Of a stretch of DNA of 57,611 bases, positions 18,286 to 26,493 are shown piece by piece. The notes under the pieces are model-generated. The model worked only from the letters and a program-made list of their open reading frames with translations. It made no database searches and was not told the origin of the DNA. Origin of the DNA: Lutibacter sp. GTDB taxonomy: Bacteria; Bacteroidota; Bacteroidia; Flavobacteriales; Flavobacteriaceae. Both the position numbers and the translations under genes were made by a program. The stretch spans positions 1-57,611 of the forward strand of contig DQTL01000173.1 in assembly GCA_015662775.1 (NCBI GenBank), read 5' to 3'. Every line of letters starts with the position of its first letter. Within the stretch, counting starts at the first letter, position 1.

Positions 18286-18975
18286 TTAATTATAACCTTG
18301 GGAAGCACGGTCTAAAGCATCTAAATCTACAATTTTTATACGTCTTCCTTTGACTTCTAGCAAACCCGATGCTTTAAAATTAGAAAGCAAACGAATAGCT
18401 GATTCTGTTGCAGTTCCAATCGTATTTGCCATTTCTTCTCTTGTTAATCTAATATCAATATAGCCTTCATCATCTGTCCCAAAGATTTCATGTAACTTTA
18501 AAAGCACGTCTGCTAATCTTTCTTTTACAGATTTTTGAGCCATCATTGAAATAGATTCATTGGCTTCATTTAATTGATGCGAAATATTTTTTATTAATTG
18601 TAATGAAAAAACAGGATTATCTTTAATCGCTTCCATTATTCTTGTTTTAGGAATAAAACAAACTTGCATATCTTCTAAAGCAGTGATTGTCAAACCAGAA
18701 GGCTCTTCACTAAGCACAGAGCGTTGTCCTAAAATATTTCCTTGACGTAAAAATTTAACAATTTGGCTTTTACCATTTGTGTTTAACTTGCTCAATTTAC
18801 ATTTACCATTCTTTAAACAGTAAATACCATTCATTACATGACCTTCTGTTACGATATTCTCCCCTTTCTTAATGTTTAAAGTTGTTTTACTTCTTGTAAA
18901 GTACTCTAACTCTTCGAATAATAGTGTACTGAATTCGTTATCGTTCTTAATAAAACAATGTTCACATGCACCCAT
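18286..18975 (-). CDS. Crp/Fnr family transcriptional regulator with N-terminal cysteines (FNR/FixK-like)
   Basis: cNMP-binding-type beta-roll followed by HTH (REEMANTIGTATESAIRLLSNF). Cys residues at MGACEHC, YCLKNGKC and QVC. Divergent from the cco cluster. Confidence 0.85.
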   Translation of the reverse strand: MGACEHCFIKNDNEFSTLLFEELEYFTRSKTTLNIKKGENIVTEGHVMNGIYCLKNGKCKLSKLNTNGKSQIVKFLRQGNILGQRSVLSEEPSGLTITALEDMQVCFIPKTRIMEAIKDNPVFSLQLIKNISHQLNEANESISMMAQKSVKERLADVLLKLHEIFGTDDEGYIDIRLTREEMANTIGTATESAIRLLSNFKASGLLEVKGRRIKIVDLDALDRASQGYN

Positions 18976-19026
18976 GTTGTTTAGTTTTTAGATTATTGTA
19001 GATTTGTTGCAAATATAATCAAAAAA

Positions 19027-19038
19027 TGATATTTATCA
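19027..19038. promoter_or_regulatory. FNR/CRP-box-like palindrome TGAT-ATTT-ATCA
   Basis: Core of TTGAT-N4-ATCAA (8/10 with flanks aTGATatttATCAg) in the fnr-ccoI divergent intergenic region. Confidence 0.4.
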
Positions 19039-19066
19039 GATTTTTTGTTTAATACAAATAAAATTT

Positions 19067-21439
19067 ATGAGTGATTCAGTATGTTACCATTGTGGACTAG
19101 ATTGCGGAAAAAGCCCTGTCGAATTTAATGACAAATGTTTTTGTTGTAATGGTTGTAAAACAGTTTATGAGATTCTTAACCAAAATGAATTGAGTTGCTA
19201 CTACGATTTAGAACAAAATCCAGGTACCATTCCTAAAGAAATACAAGGAAAATTTGATTATCTCGACAATGAAGAAATTGCCGAAAAACTTATTGAATTT
19301 ACGGATGGAACTACTAGTGTTGTTGAGTTTTACATACCTTCTATTCATTGTAGTGCCTGTATTTGGGTACTTGAAAATTTAGGAACTCTAAACCCTGCTA
19401 TTTTAAATTCATTGGTTAATTTTCCCAATAAAACAGTTCGAATTAATTTCAAATCTAAAGATACTTCGCTAAAAGATATAGTCGAACTTTTAACATCTAT
19501 TGCCTACGAACCCTACATCAGCTTAGAAGATGCCGATAAAAGCGCAAAAAAAGTTGATAAAACTTTAATGTATCAATTAGGAATCGCTGCATTTGGTTTT
19601 GGTAATGTGATGCTTTTAGCATTTCCTGAATATTTCGAAACTGAAGGTTATTGGCTTGACGAATTTAAATATATGTTTCGTTGGATGATGCTTACCTTAT
19701 CCATTCCTGTTGTTTTATACTCTGCAAAAGATTATTTTGTCACAGCTTACAAAGGACTCATAAAAGGCATATTAAGTGTAGATGTTCCCATTGCACTTGG
19801 TATTATTGTTATCTTTTTAAGAAGTAGCTATGAAGTAATTGCAGATATTGGCCCAGGTTATTTCGATAGTTTAACAGGTTTAATTTTCTTTCTTTTATTA
19901 GGAAAAGTATTTCAACAAAAAACATACAACTACCTTTCTTTTGAAAGAGATTATAAATCTTACTTTCCGATAGCAGTAACCAAAATAGTCGCTGGAAAAG
20001 AAGAAAGTGTTCCTGTTCAAGATATCAATGAAGGAGATCGCTTACTAATTAGAAATGAAGAATTAATTCCTATAGATGCCATTTTAATCAATGGAGAAGG
20101 TTTGATTGATTACAGTTTTGTCACTGGCGAATCAGAACCTGTTTATAAAGGAACTGGCGACAAAGTATTTGCAGGAGGAAAACAAACAGGTGGTGCTATA
20201 GAAATAGATGTGATTAACAAAATGTCTGAAAGTTACTTAACCGAACTTTGGAGTAATGATATTTTTAATAAAGATATTCCAAAAGATAACATTAAAAATC
20301 TCACCAATAGAATTAGTAAATATTTTACAATTACCATTGTAACAATTTCTGTAATTGCAGGTGTTTATTGGGCATTTATAGATTTAGGAATTGCCGCAAA
20401 TGTAGTGACCGCTGTTTTAATTATTGCTTGTCCTTGTGCCTTAGCTTTAGCAGCTCCATTTGCAATGGGAAATATGCTACGTATCTTTGGATATCGAAAA
20501 TTTTATCTTAAAAATGATGCCGTAATTGAAGAGATTGACAAAATTACACATATCATCTTTGATAAAACGGGAACCCTAACAACAAATGAAGCCAATGAAC
20601 TCACCTATGTAGGTGATTCTTTTACTACAAAGGAATTAGTTGCTGTAAAATCATTAATTCGTTCTTCTAATCATCCGTTGAGTAGGGCTTTAAATTCGTA
20701 TATAAAAGTAGATGCTGCAGTTGATTCTATCTTAAAATATCAAGAAGTTGTAGGAAAAGGTATTAGTGGTGAACTCAATAATTTACAGATAAAAATTGGT
20801 TCGGCTAATTTTGTGAATGCCACCAAACAAGACACTCTAAATACCACTATTTATATAAAAATAAATGAAACAATAAAAGGCTACTATAAAAGTAAGAATA
20901 TTTATCGCAAACAAGTAGCTTCAATAATTTCTGACTTAGGAACTAACTATAAATTAAGCATTCTATCAGGAGATAACGATGGAGAAAAAGCCTATTTACA
21001 AAGTATTTTCCCTAAGAAAACGAATTATTTATTCAACCAAAAACCCCAAGATAAACTAGATTATATTAAAATTTTACAAGATAAAGGAGAACAAGTAATG
21101 ATGATTGGTGATGGTTTAAATGACGCAGGAGCATTGGCTCAAAGTAATGTAGGTATTGCTATTTCTGAAGATATAAACGTCTTTTCACCAGCTTGTGACG
21201 GTATTTTAGACGCTTCTCTTTTTGAAAAATTGCCTACTTTTTTATCCTTATCTAAAAAAACGATTCGTATTATAAAATGGAGTTTCAGACTTTCCTTTTT
21301 ATATAACTTTGTGGGTATGTATTTTGCAATCACCAATCAACTGACCCCTTTGGTCGCTGCTATATTAATGCCTTTAAGTTCTATTACTATTGTTATTTTT
21401 GTTACTCTTATGACCAATTTATTTGCTAATAAAAGATAG
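19067..21439 (+). CDS. ccoI: heavy-metal (copper) translocating P-type ATPase, CcoI/FixI type
   Basis: Cys-rich N-terminus CYHCGLDC..CCNGCKTVYEIL, CPC transmembrane motif (IACPCAL), DKTGTLT phosphorylation site, GDGLNDAGAL hinge. Confidence 0.92.
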   Translation: MSDSVCYHCGLDCGKSPVEFNDKCFCCNGCKTVYEILNQNELSCYYDLEQNPGTIPKEIQGKFDYLDNEEIAEKLIEFTDGTTSVVEFYIPSIHCSACIWVLENLGTLNPAILNSLVNFPNKTVRINFKSKDTSLKDIVELLTSIAYEPYISLEDADKSAKKVDKTLMYQLGIAAFGFGNVMLLAFPEYFETEGYWLDEFKYMFRWMMLTLSIPVVLYSAKDYFVTAYKGLIKGILSVDVPIALGIIVIFLRSSYEVIADIGPGYFDSLTGLIFFLLLGKVFQQKTYNYLSFERDYKSYFPIAVTKIVAGKEESVPVQDINEGDRLLIRNEELIPIDAILINGEGLIDYSFVTGESEPVYKGTGDKVFAGGKQTGGAIEIDVINKMSESYLTELWSNDIFNKDIPKDNIKNLTNRISKYFTITIVTISVIAGVYWAFIDLGIAANVVTAVLIIACPCALALAAPFAMGNMLRIFGYRKFYLKNDAVIEEIDKITHIIFDKTGTLTTNEANELTYVGDSFTTKELVAVKSLIRSSNHPLSRALNSYIKVDAAVDSILKYQEVVGKGISGELNNLQIKIGSANFVNATKQDTLNTTIYIKINETIKGYYKSKNIYRKQVASIISDLGTNYKLSILSGDNDGEKAYLQSIFPKKTNYLFNQKPQDKLDYIKILQDKGEQVMMIGDGLNDAGALAQSNVGIAISEDINVFSPACDGILDASLFEKLPTFLSLSKKTIRIIKWSFRLSFLYNFVGMYFAITNQLTPLVAAILMPLSSITIVIFVTLMTNLFANKR

Positions 21440-21501
21440 TTATGTATTTTATTAAAATCTTACAAACAAACAATTATCATGTAATCTTCAGTAAATATTT
21501 T

Positions 21502-21509
21502 TATCTTTG
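21502..21509 (+). promoter_or_regulatory. -7 promoter box TATCTTTG for ccoS-ccoNOQP
   Basis: TAnnTTTG match 24 nt upstream of ATG 21533. Confidence 0.5.
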
Positions 21510-21532
21510 CACTATTCTATAAAGATTAAGAA

Positions 21533-21736
21533 ATGGAAGTTATATATATTACGATGGGAGTATCGGTACTACTAGGTGGTCTCTTTTTATATTTATTCTT
21601 TAGAAATGTCAAAACAGGTCAATATGATGACATTTACACGCCTTCTGTTAGAATGTTGTTTGATGACGAACTCGTTAAAGAGCCCAAAAAAGACAAAAAA
21701 CAAAAAGAAACAGTAGAAAAAAAATCTACTCAATAA
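21533..21736 (+). CDS. ccoS: cbb3-type cytochrome oxidase assembly protein CcoS/FixS
   Basis: Single TM segment followed by KTGQYDD, characteristic of CcoS; 67 aa. Confidence 0.85.
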   Translation: MEVIYITMGVSVLLGGLFLYLFFRNVKTGQYDDIYTPSVRMLFDDELVKEPKKDKKQKETVEKKSTQ

Positions 21737-21772
21737 TTATTAACCAAAACCAAATTAATTAATTAATCAAGT

Positions 21773-23929
21773 ATGGAAAAACAACAATTTTACTATGACA
21801 ACAAAATTGTAAAACTATTTTTCTGGGCAACTGTCCTATGGGGAGTAGTTGCGATGTTAGTCGGACTAATGGTCGCGTTTTTATTTCTTTATCCAAACTA
21901 CATGGCAGATATTCCATGGCTAAGTTTTGGAAGATTAAGACCTCTGCATACCAATGCAGCAATTTTTGCCTTTGTAGGTAATGGATTCTTTGTAGGAATG
22001 TATTACTCCATGCAACGGCTTTTAAAAACCAGAATGTTTAGTGACTTCTTAGGAAGAGTTCACTTTTGGGGATGGCAACTAGTGATAGTTCTAGCAGCCG
22101 TTACTTTACCTTTAGGAATGACTTCATCAAAAGAATATGCTGAGTTAGAATGGCCAATTGATATTCTAGTAGTACTAATATGGGTAGTAATGGGTATCAA
22201 CATGATTGGAACCTTACTTAAAAGACGCCAACGTCATATCTATGTAGCTATATGGTTCTATATTTCTACCTTAGTGACTATTGCAATGCTTTATATCGTA
22301 AACAATTTAGAGCTTCCTGTTTCTATGACAGGAATGAAATCTTACTCACTATATGCTGGCGTTCAAGATGCATTGATTCAATGGTGGTACGGACATAATG
22401 CGGTTGCATTTTTCTTAACAACTCCTATGTTGGGTCTTATGTACTATTTTGTGCCTAAAGCAGCCAACAGACCTATATATTCTTATAGATTATCTATCAT
22501 CCACTTCTGGACATTGATTTTCTTATATATTTGGGCAGGGCCTCACCATTTATTATATACTGCTTTACCAGACTGGGCACAAAATTTAGGCACAGTATTC
22601 TCAATAATGCTAATATTCCCATCTTGGGGTGGTATGATTAACGGATTACTAACCTTACGTGGAGCTTGGGATAAAGTTCGTGAAGATCCTATTCTAAAAT
22701 TCTTTGTAGTAGCCATTACAGCTTATGGTATGGCAACTTTTGAAGGACCAATGTTAGCCTTTAAAAACTTAAATGCTATTGCTCACTACACAGACTGGAT
22801 CGTAGGTCATGTACATATTGGAACACTAGGTTGGAACGGATTTATTATAGCTGGTATGCTGTATTGGCTCGTTAAAAAATTATATAAAACAGAATTATAT
22901 TCTATAAAATTAGCAAACTATCATTTCTGGATAGGCACCATTGGTATCTTATTCTATTCCATGCCACTCTATATTGCTGGGTTTACTCAAGCATTTTTAT
23001 GGAAACAATTTAATGAAGCAGGTGTTTTAGTTTATGGTAACTTCTTAGAAACAGTAACACAAATTATCCCAATGTACGCGATGCGTGCGTTTGGTGGAAC
23101 GCTGTATTTTACAGGTTTTTTAATCTTAGCCTATAACTTAATCATGACTGCCAAACAAGGTAGTAAAGTAGAAGATGAATTAGCAGAAGCAGCTCCTTTA
23201 GAACTCATTAGTGGAAAAAGAGCTAAGAAAGAAGCGATACACCCTTGGTTAGAAAGAAAAGTGATATTGTTTACAGTATTATCTTTTATAGCAGTTGCCA
23301 TTGGAGGAGCTATAGAAATTATACCTATGTTCCTAGTAAAATCTAATGTACCTGTTATTAAAAGTGTAAAACCTTATTCACCACTTGAATTAGTAGGTAG
23401 AGATTTATATATTCGTGAAGGTTGTAATAACTGTCACTCGCAAATGATTCGTCCATTCCGTTCTGAAGTTGAGCGTTATGGTGAATACTCTAAAGCAGGT
23501 GAGTTTGTTTACGATCATCCATTCTTATGGGGTTCTCGTAGAACAGGCCCGGATTTACATCGTATCGGTGGTAAATACAATAACAACTGGCACTTTAACC
23601 ATATGATGGAACCAGATTTAACATCTCCAGGAACCATAATGCCTAGATATTCATGGATGATTACAAATGATCTTGACTATGCAGATGTTGGAGCAAAAAT
23701 GTCAACCCTATCAGCCTTAGGTGTACCATATTCTGAAACTGAAATTGCAGGTGCTGTTGCAAGTTTAGAAGCACAAGCTAAAGAAGTTGAAGCTAGTTTA
23801 CATCAAGATCCTGAATTTGTTAAGAATTATGCAGATAGTAACATTCAGAATAAAGAAATTGTTGCAATTATTGCTTATTTACAACGAATGGGAACGGATA
23901 TTAAAGCTAATAAAACCGCACAAAATTAA
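21773..23929 (+). CDS. ccoN: cbb3-type cytochrome c oxidase, fused subunits I and II (CcoNO)
   Basis: About 470 aa of heme-copper oxidase TM core (WWYGHNAV, HHLLYT, HVHIGTLGW). After a TM segment comes the CcoO-type monoheme domain with CNNCHSQMIRP. Confidence 0.93.
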   Translation: MEKQQFYYDNKIVKLFFWATVLWGVVAMLVGLMVAFLFLYPNYMADIPWLSFGRLRPLHTNAAIFAFVGNGFFVGMYYSMQRLLKTRMFSDFLGRVHFWGWQLVIVLAAVTLPLGMTSSKEYAELEWPIDILVVLIWVVMGINMIGTLLKRRQRHIYVAIWFYISTLVTIAMLYIVNNLELPVSMTGMKSYSLYAGVQDALIQWWYGHNAVAFFLTTPMLGLMYYFVPKAANRPIYSYRLSIIHFWTLIFLYIWAGPHHLLYTALPDWAQNLGTVFSIMLIFPSWGGMINGLLTLRGAWDKVREDPILKFFVVAITAYGMATFEGPMLAFKNLNAIAHYTDWIVGHVHIGTLGWNGFIIAGMLYWLVKKLYKTELYSIKLANYHFWIGTIGILFYSMPLYIAGFTQAFLWKQFNEAGVLVYGNFLETVTQIIPMYAMRAFGGTLYFTGFLILAYNLIMTAKQGSKVEDELAEAAPLELISGKRAKKEAIHPWLERKVILFTVLSFIAVAIGGAIEIIPMFLVKSNVPVIKSVKPYSPLELVGRDLYIREGCNNCHSQMIRPFRSEVERYGEYSKAGEFVYDHPFLWGSRRTGPDLHRIGGKYNNNWHFNHMMEPDLTSPGTIMPRYSWMITNDLDYADVGAKMSTLSALGVPYSETEIAGAVASLEAQAKEVEASLHQDPEFVKNYADSNIQNKEIVAIIAYLQRMGTDIKANKTAQN

Positions 23930-24123
23930 TGTTACGTTTTATAAAACATAATGTAGATAGTATTGATGGTGTAGCGATATATCCTATCATTGCACTATTA
24001 ACTTTCTTTATTGTATTTATTGTAATGATTTTTATCGTTTTAAAAATGAATAAAAAGCATATGGATGAAATCAGTAACTATCCACTAGAAGATGATAACA
24101 ATTTAAACAACGAAAAATTATGA
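23929..24123 (+). CDS. ccoQ: CcoQ/FixQ-like small membrane subunit
   Basis: 64 aa, one TM segment, start overlaps the ccoNO stop and the 3' end overlaps ccoP. Assigned by position and size only. Confidence 0.6.
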   Translation: MLRFIKHNVDSIDGVAIYPIIALLTFFIVFIVMIFIVLKMNKKHMDEISNYPLEDDNNLNNEKL

Positions 24124-24842
24124 GTAATAACGAAAATATGGGCTTTTGGGCTAAGTTTATAAAAGCTGCAACTAAAGCCAACGATTTAGAACGTGAAGAT
24201 GAGGTGATGTTAGACCACAATTATGATGGTATACAAGAACTTGATAATGAATTACCACCTTGGTGGATATGGGGGTTTTATATCACTATAGCAATTTCTA
24301 TTCTGTATTATATACTTATCCATATTTTTGGTTGGTACGGTCAAGAAGATGAGTATCAAGCTGAGCTAGTTGCACATACAGAAAAAGTAGCTAAATATAA
24401 GGCAGAGCATCCTGAACTGTTTAAAACAGAAAATCTAGTAGCTTTTACTGATGCAGAGAATTTAGCAAAAGGTAAAGAATTATTTGCAACCAAAACATGT
24501 ACCGCTTGTCACCTTGCTGATGCAGGAGGAAGTATTGGACCTAACTTGACCGATGATTATTGGATATTAGGTGGAGGTTTCCAAAACATCTTTAACACCA
24601 TTACAAAAGGTGGTCGTCCAGGAAAAGGAATGGTTGCCTGGGAAAGTACTATTAAACAAGAAGAACGTCAACAATTGGCTAGTTACATTTTAACACTTCG
24701 TGGAACTACACCAGCTACTCCAAAAGCTGCTGAAGGTGACCTTTGGGAAGGAACTGACAAAAAAGTAGAAGAAGGTGTTGATACTCTTGAAGAAGGTGCT
24801 AAAGAAATTATTAAAGAAGTAAAAGAAGTTATTAACGAATAG
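24120..24842 (+). CDS. ccoP: cbb3-type cytochrome c oxidase subunit III (CcoP), single heme-c motif
   Basis: HNYDGIQELDNELPPWW N-terminal CcoP signature, one TM segment, one CTACH heme-binding motif. Confidence 0.85.
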   Translation: MSNNENMGFWAKFIKAATKANDLEREDEVMLDHNYDGIQELDNELPPWWIWGFYITIAISILYYILIHIFGWYGQEDEYQAELVAHTEKVAKYKAEHPELFKTENLVAFTDAENLAKGKELFATKTCTACHLADAGGSIGPNLTDDYWILGGGFQNIFNTITKGGRPGKGMVAWESTIKQEERQQLASYILTLRGTTPATPKAAEGDLWEGTDKKVEEGVDTLEEGAKEIIKEVKEVINE

Positions 24843-24896
24843 AACTATCTTTATAATTTAGTATAAGTGTGATAGCTATAACACTTTAAATTAACT

Positions 24897-24958
24897 AACG
24901 CCCTACGATAATAAACGCTGTAAGAAATGTTACTTATGGCGTTTTTTCTATTTATTAA
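24897..24958 (+). terminator. intrinsic terminator after ccoP
   Basis: AACGCC...GGCGTT outer stem extended by imperfect ATAA/TTAT pairing, followed by TTTTTT. Confidence 0.5.
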
Positions 24959-24997
24959 CCTGTGACAATAGGCACAAGTTGAAACGATTAAATTCCT

Positions 24998-25005
24998 TAT
25001 TTTTG
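24998..25005 (+). promoter_or_regulatory. -7 promoter box TATTTTTG for ccoG
   Basis: TAnnTTTG match 24 nt upstream of ATG 25029. Confidence 0.45.
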
Positions 25006-25028
25006 CCAAATAAATAATTTCAAAAATT

Positions 25029-26450
25029 ATGAGTAAACAAATTGATCAATCTTTTAGAGATACCATAGGAACTATTGACTCTGATAGTGCTAAAAGAAAT
25101 TTTATTCACCCTAAAAAGCCAAAAGGAAGATTTTATAATTACCGAACTTGGTTGAGTTGGGTATTACTTCTTATATTTGTGGTTACTCCATTTATTAAAA
25201 TTAATGGAAATCAACTATTTCTTTTTAATGTAAGTGAAAGACAATTCAATATATTTGGCTTTCCGTTTTTTCCTCAAGATTTTCACATTTTTGCGATAGC
25301 AATCGGAATTTCAGTTGTATTCATTATATTATTTACTGTAATTTTTGGTCGTATTTTTTGTGGCTGGTTATGTCCGCAAACTATATTTATGGAGATGGTT
25401 TTTCGAAAAATAGAATATGCCATTGAAGGAGATAGAGGAAAACAAATAAAATTAGACAAACAAGATTGGGATGCCGAAAAAATAAGAAAAAAAGGTTTAA
25501 AATGGTTTGTGTTTGCACTCGTATCTTTTAGTATTGCTAACATTATGTTTGCCTATATTATTGGTACTGATACTTTAATTCAACACATGAAAGATGGTAT
25601 AAGCGAGCATGCTAAAACCTTTGCTATCCTTTTAGTATTTACAGCTGTTTTCTATTTTGTCTTTGCTTGGTTTAGAGAACAAGCTTGTATTATAGTGTGT
25701 CCGTATGGTCGTTTACAAGGCGTGTTACTCGATAATAATTCTATCAATGTTGCGTATGATTTTGTTCGTGGTGAAGGCGATAAAGGTCGTGGTAAATTCA
25801 AAAAAAGTGATGACAGAACCACAACTGGTTTAGGGGATTGTGTCGATTGTAAGCAATGCGTGGTGGTTTGCCCGACAGGAATAGATATTAGAAATGGAAC
25901 ACAGCTTGAGTGTATCAACTGTACCGCTTGTATTGATGCCTGCGACGCCATGATGGATAAAGTAGGTTTTGAAAAAGGATTAATCGGTTACAAAACAGAA
26001 AATGATATTGAAAAAGGCGAGAAATTTGTATTTGGAAAAAGACATTGGTTTTATGTATTTATACTAACAATTCTCACTGCCCTACTCTTTGGTTTATTGG
26101 TATTTAGAGGAAGTGTGGAAACTGTAATTTTACGATTACCTGGTCAAATGTACACTACTGAAGGAGAACAAATACAAAACGTATATACCTATAAAGTTAT
26201 CAATAAGAGTTCTGAAACCTTAGAAAATATCACTTTTAAGATATTATCTCATAAAGCAAGCATTAAATACATAGGTGAAGAACATTTTGATGTAAATGAA
26301 CAAGAACAAAAAGAAGGTACTTTGTTTATTAAAATAGACAAAAAAGACATGCTTTCTAAAAAAGAACGCATTAAAATTGGTGTGTATTCTGGTGATGAAC
26401 TAATTGAAGAAGTAAGCACTAATTTCCCAGGACCTTTGGTGGTTAAGTGA
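25029..26450 (+). CDS. ccoG: cytochrome c oxidase accessory protein CcoG/FixG (polyferredoxin membrane protein)
   Basis: CGWLCPQ motif, two 4Fe-4S ferredoxin motifs CVDCKQCVVVCP and CINCTACIDAC, TM segments, C-terminal Ig-like region. Confidence 0.9.
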   Translation: MSKQIDQSFRDTIGTIDSDSAKRNFIHPKKPKGRFYNYRTWLSWVLLLIFVVTPFIKINGNQLFLFNVSERQFNIFGFPFFPQDFHIFAIAIGISVVFIILFTVIFGRIFCGWLCPQTIFMEMVFRKIEYAIEGDRGKQIKLDKQDWDAEKIRKKGLKWFVFALVSFSIANIMFAYIIGTDTLIQHMKDGISEHAKTFAILLVFTAVFYFVFAWFREQACIIVCPYGRLQGVLLDNNSINVAYDFVRGEGDKGRGKFKKSDDRTTTGLGDCVDCKQCVVVCPTGIDIRNGTQLECINCTACIDACDAMMDKVGFEKGLIGYKTENDIEKGEKFVFGKRHWFYVFILTILTALLFGLLVFRGSVETVILRLPGQMYTTEGEQIQNVYTYKVINKSSETLENITFKILSHKASIKYIGEEHFDVNEQEQKEGTLFIKIDKKDMLSKKERIKIGVYSGDELIEEVSTNFPGPLVVK

Positions 26451-26460
26451 AAATCAACTA

Positions 26461-26493
26461 AAAAAGGCTATCTGCATTAGATAGCCTTTTTTT
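26461..26493. terminator. bidirectional intrinsic terminator between ccoG and mutS2
   Basis: AAAAA-GGCTATCT-gcatt-AGATAGCC-TTTTTTT: perfect 8-bp stem flanked by A and T runs. Confidence 0.85.

Noticed and set aside
24865-24886. 22-nt near-perfect palindrome AAGTGTGATAGCTATAACACTT just after ccoP, as a regulatory site.
   Set aside because: It has no partner motif elsewhere in the window and sits 3' of the operon, just upstream of a better terminator. It is most simply part of the termination region. Noted but not promoted.
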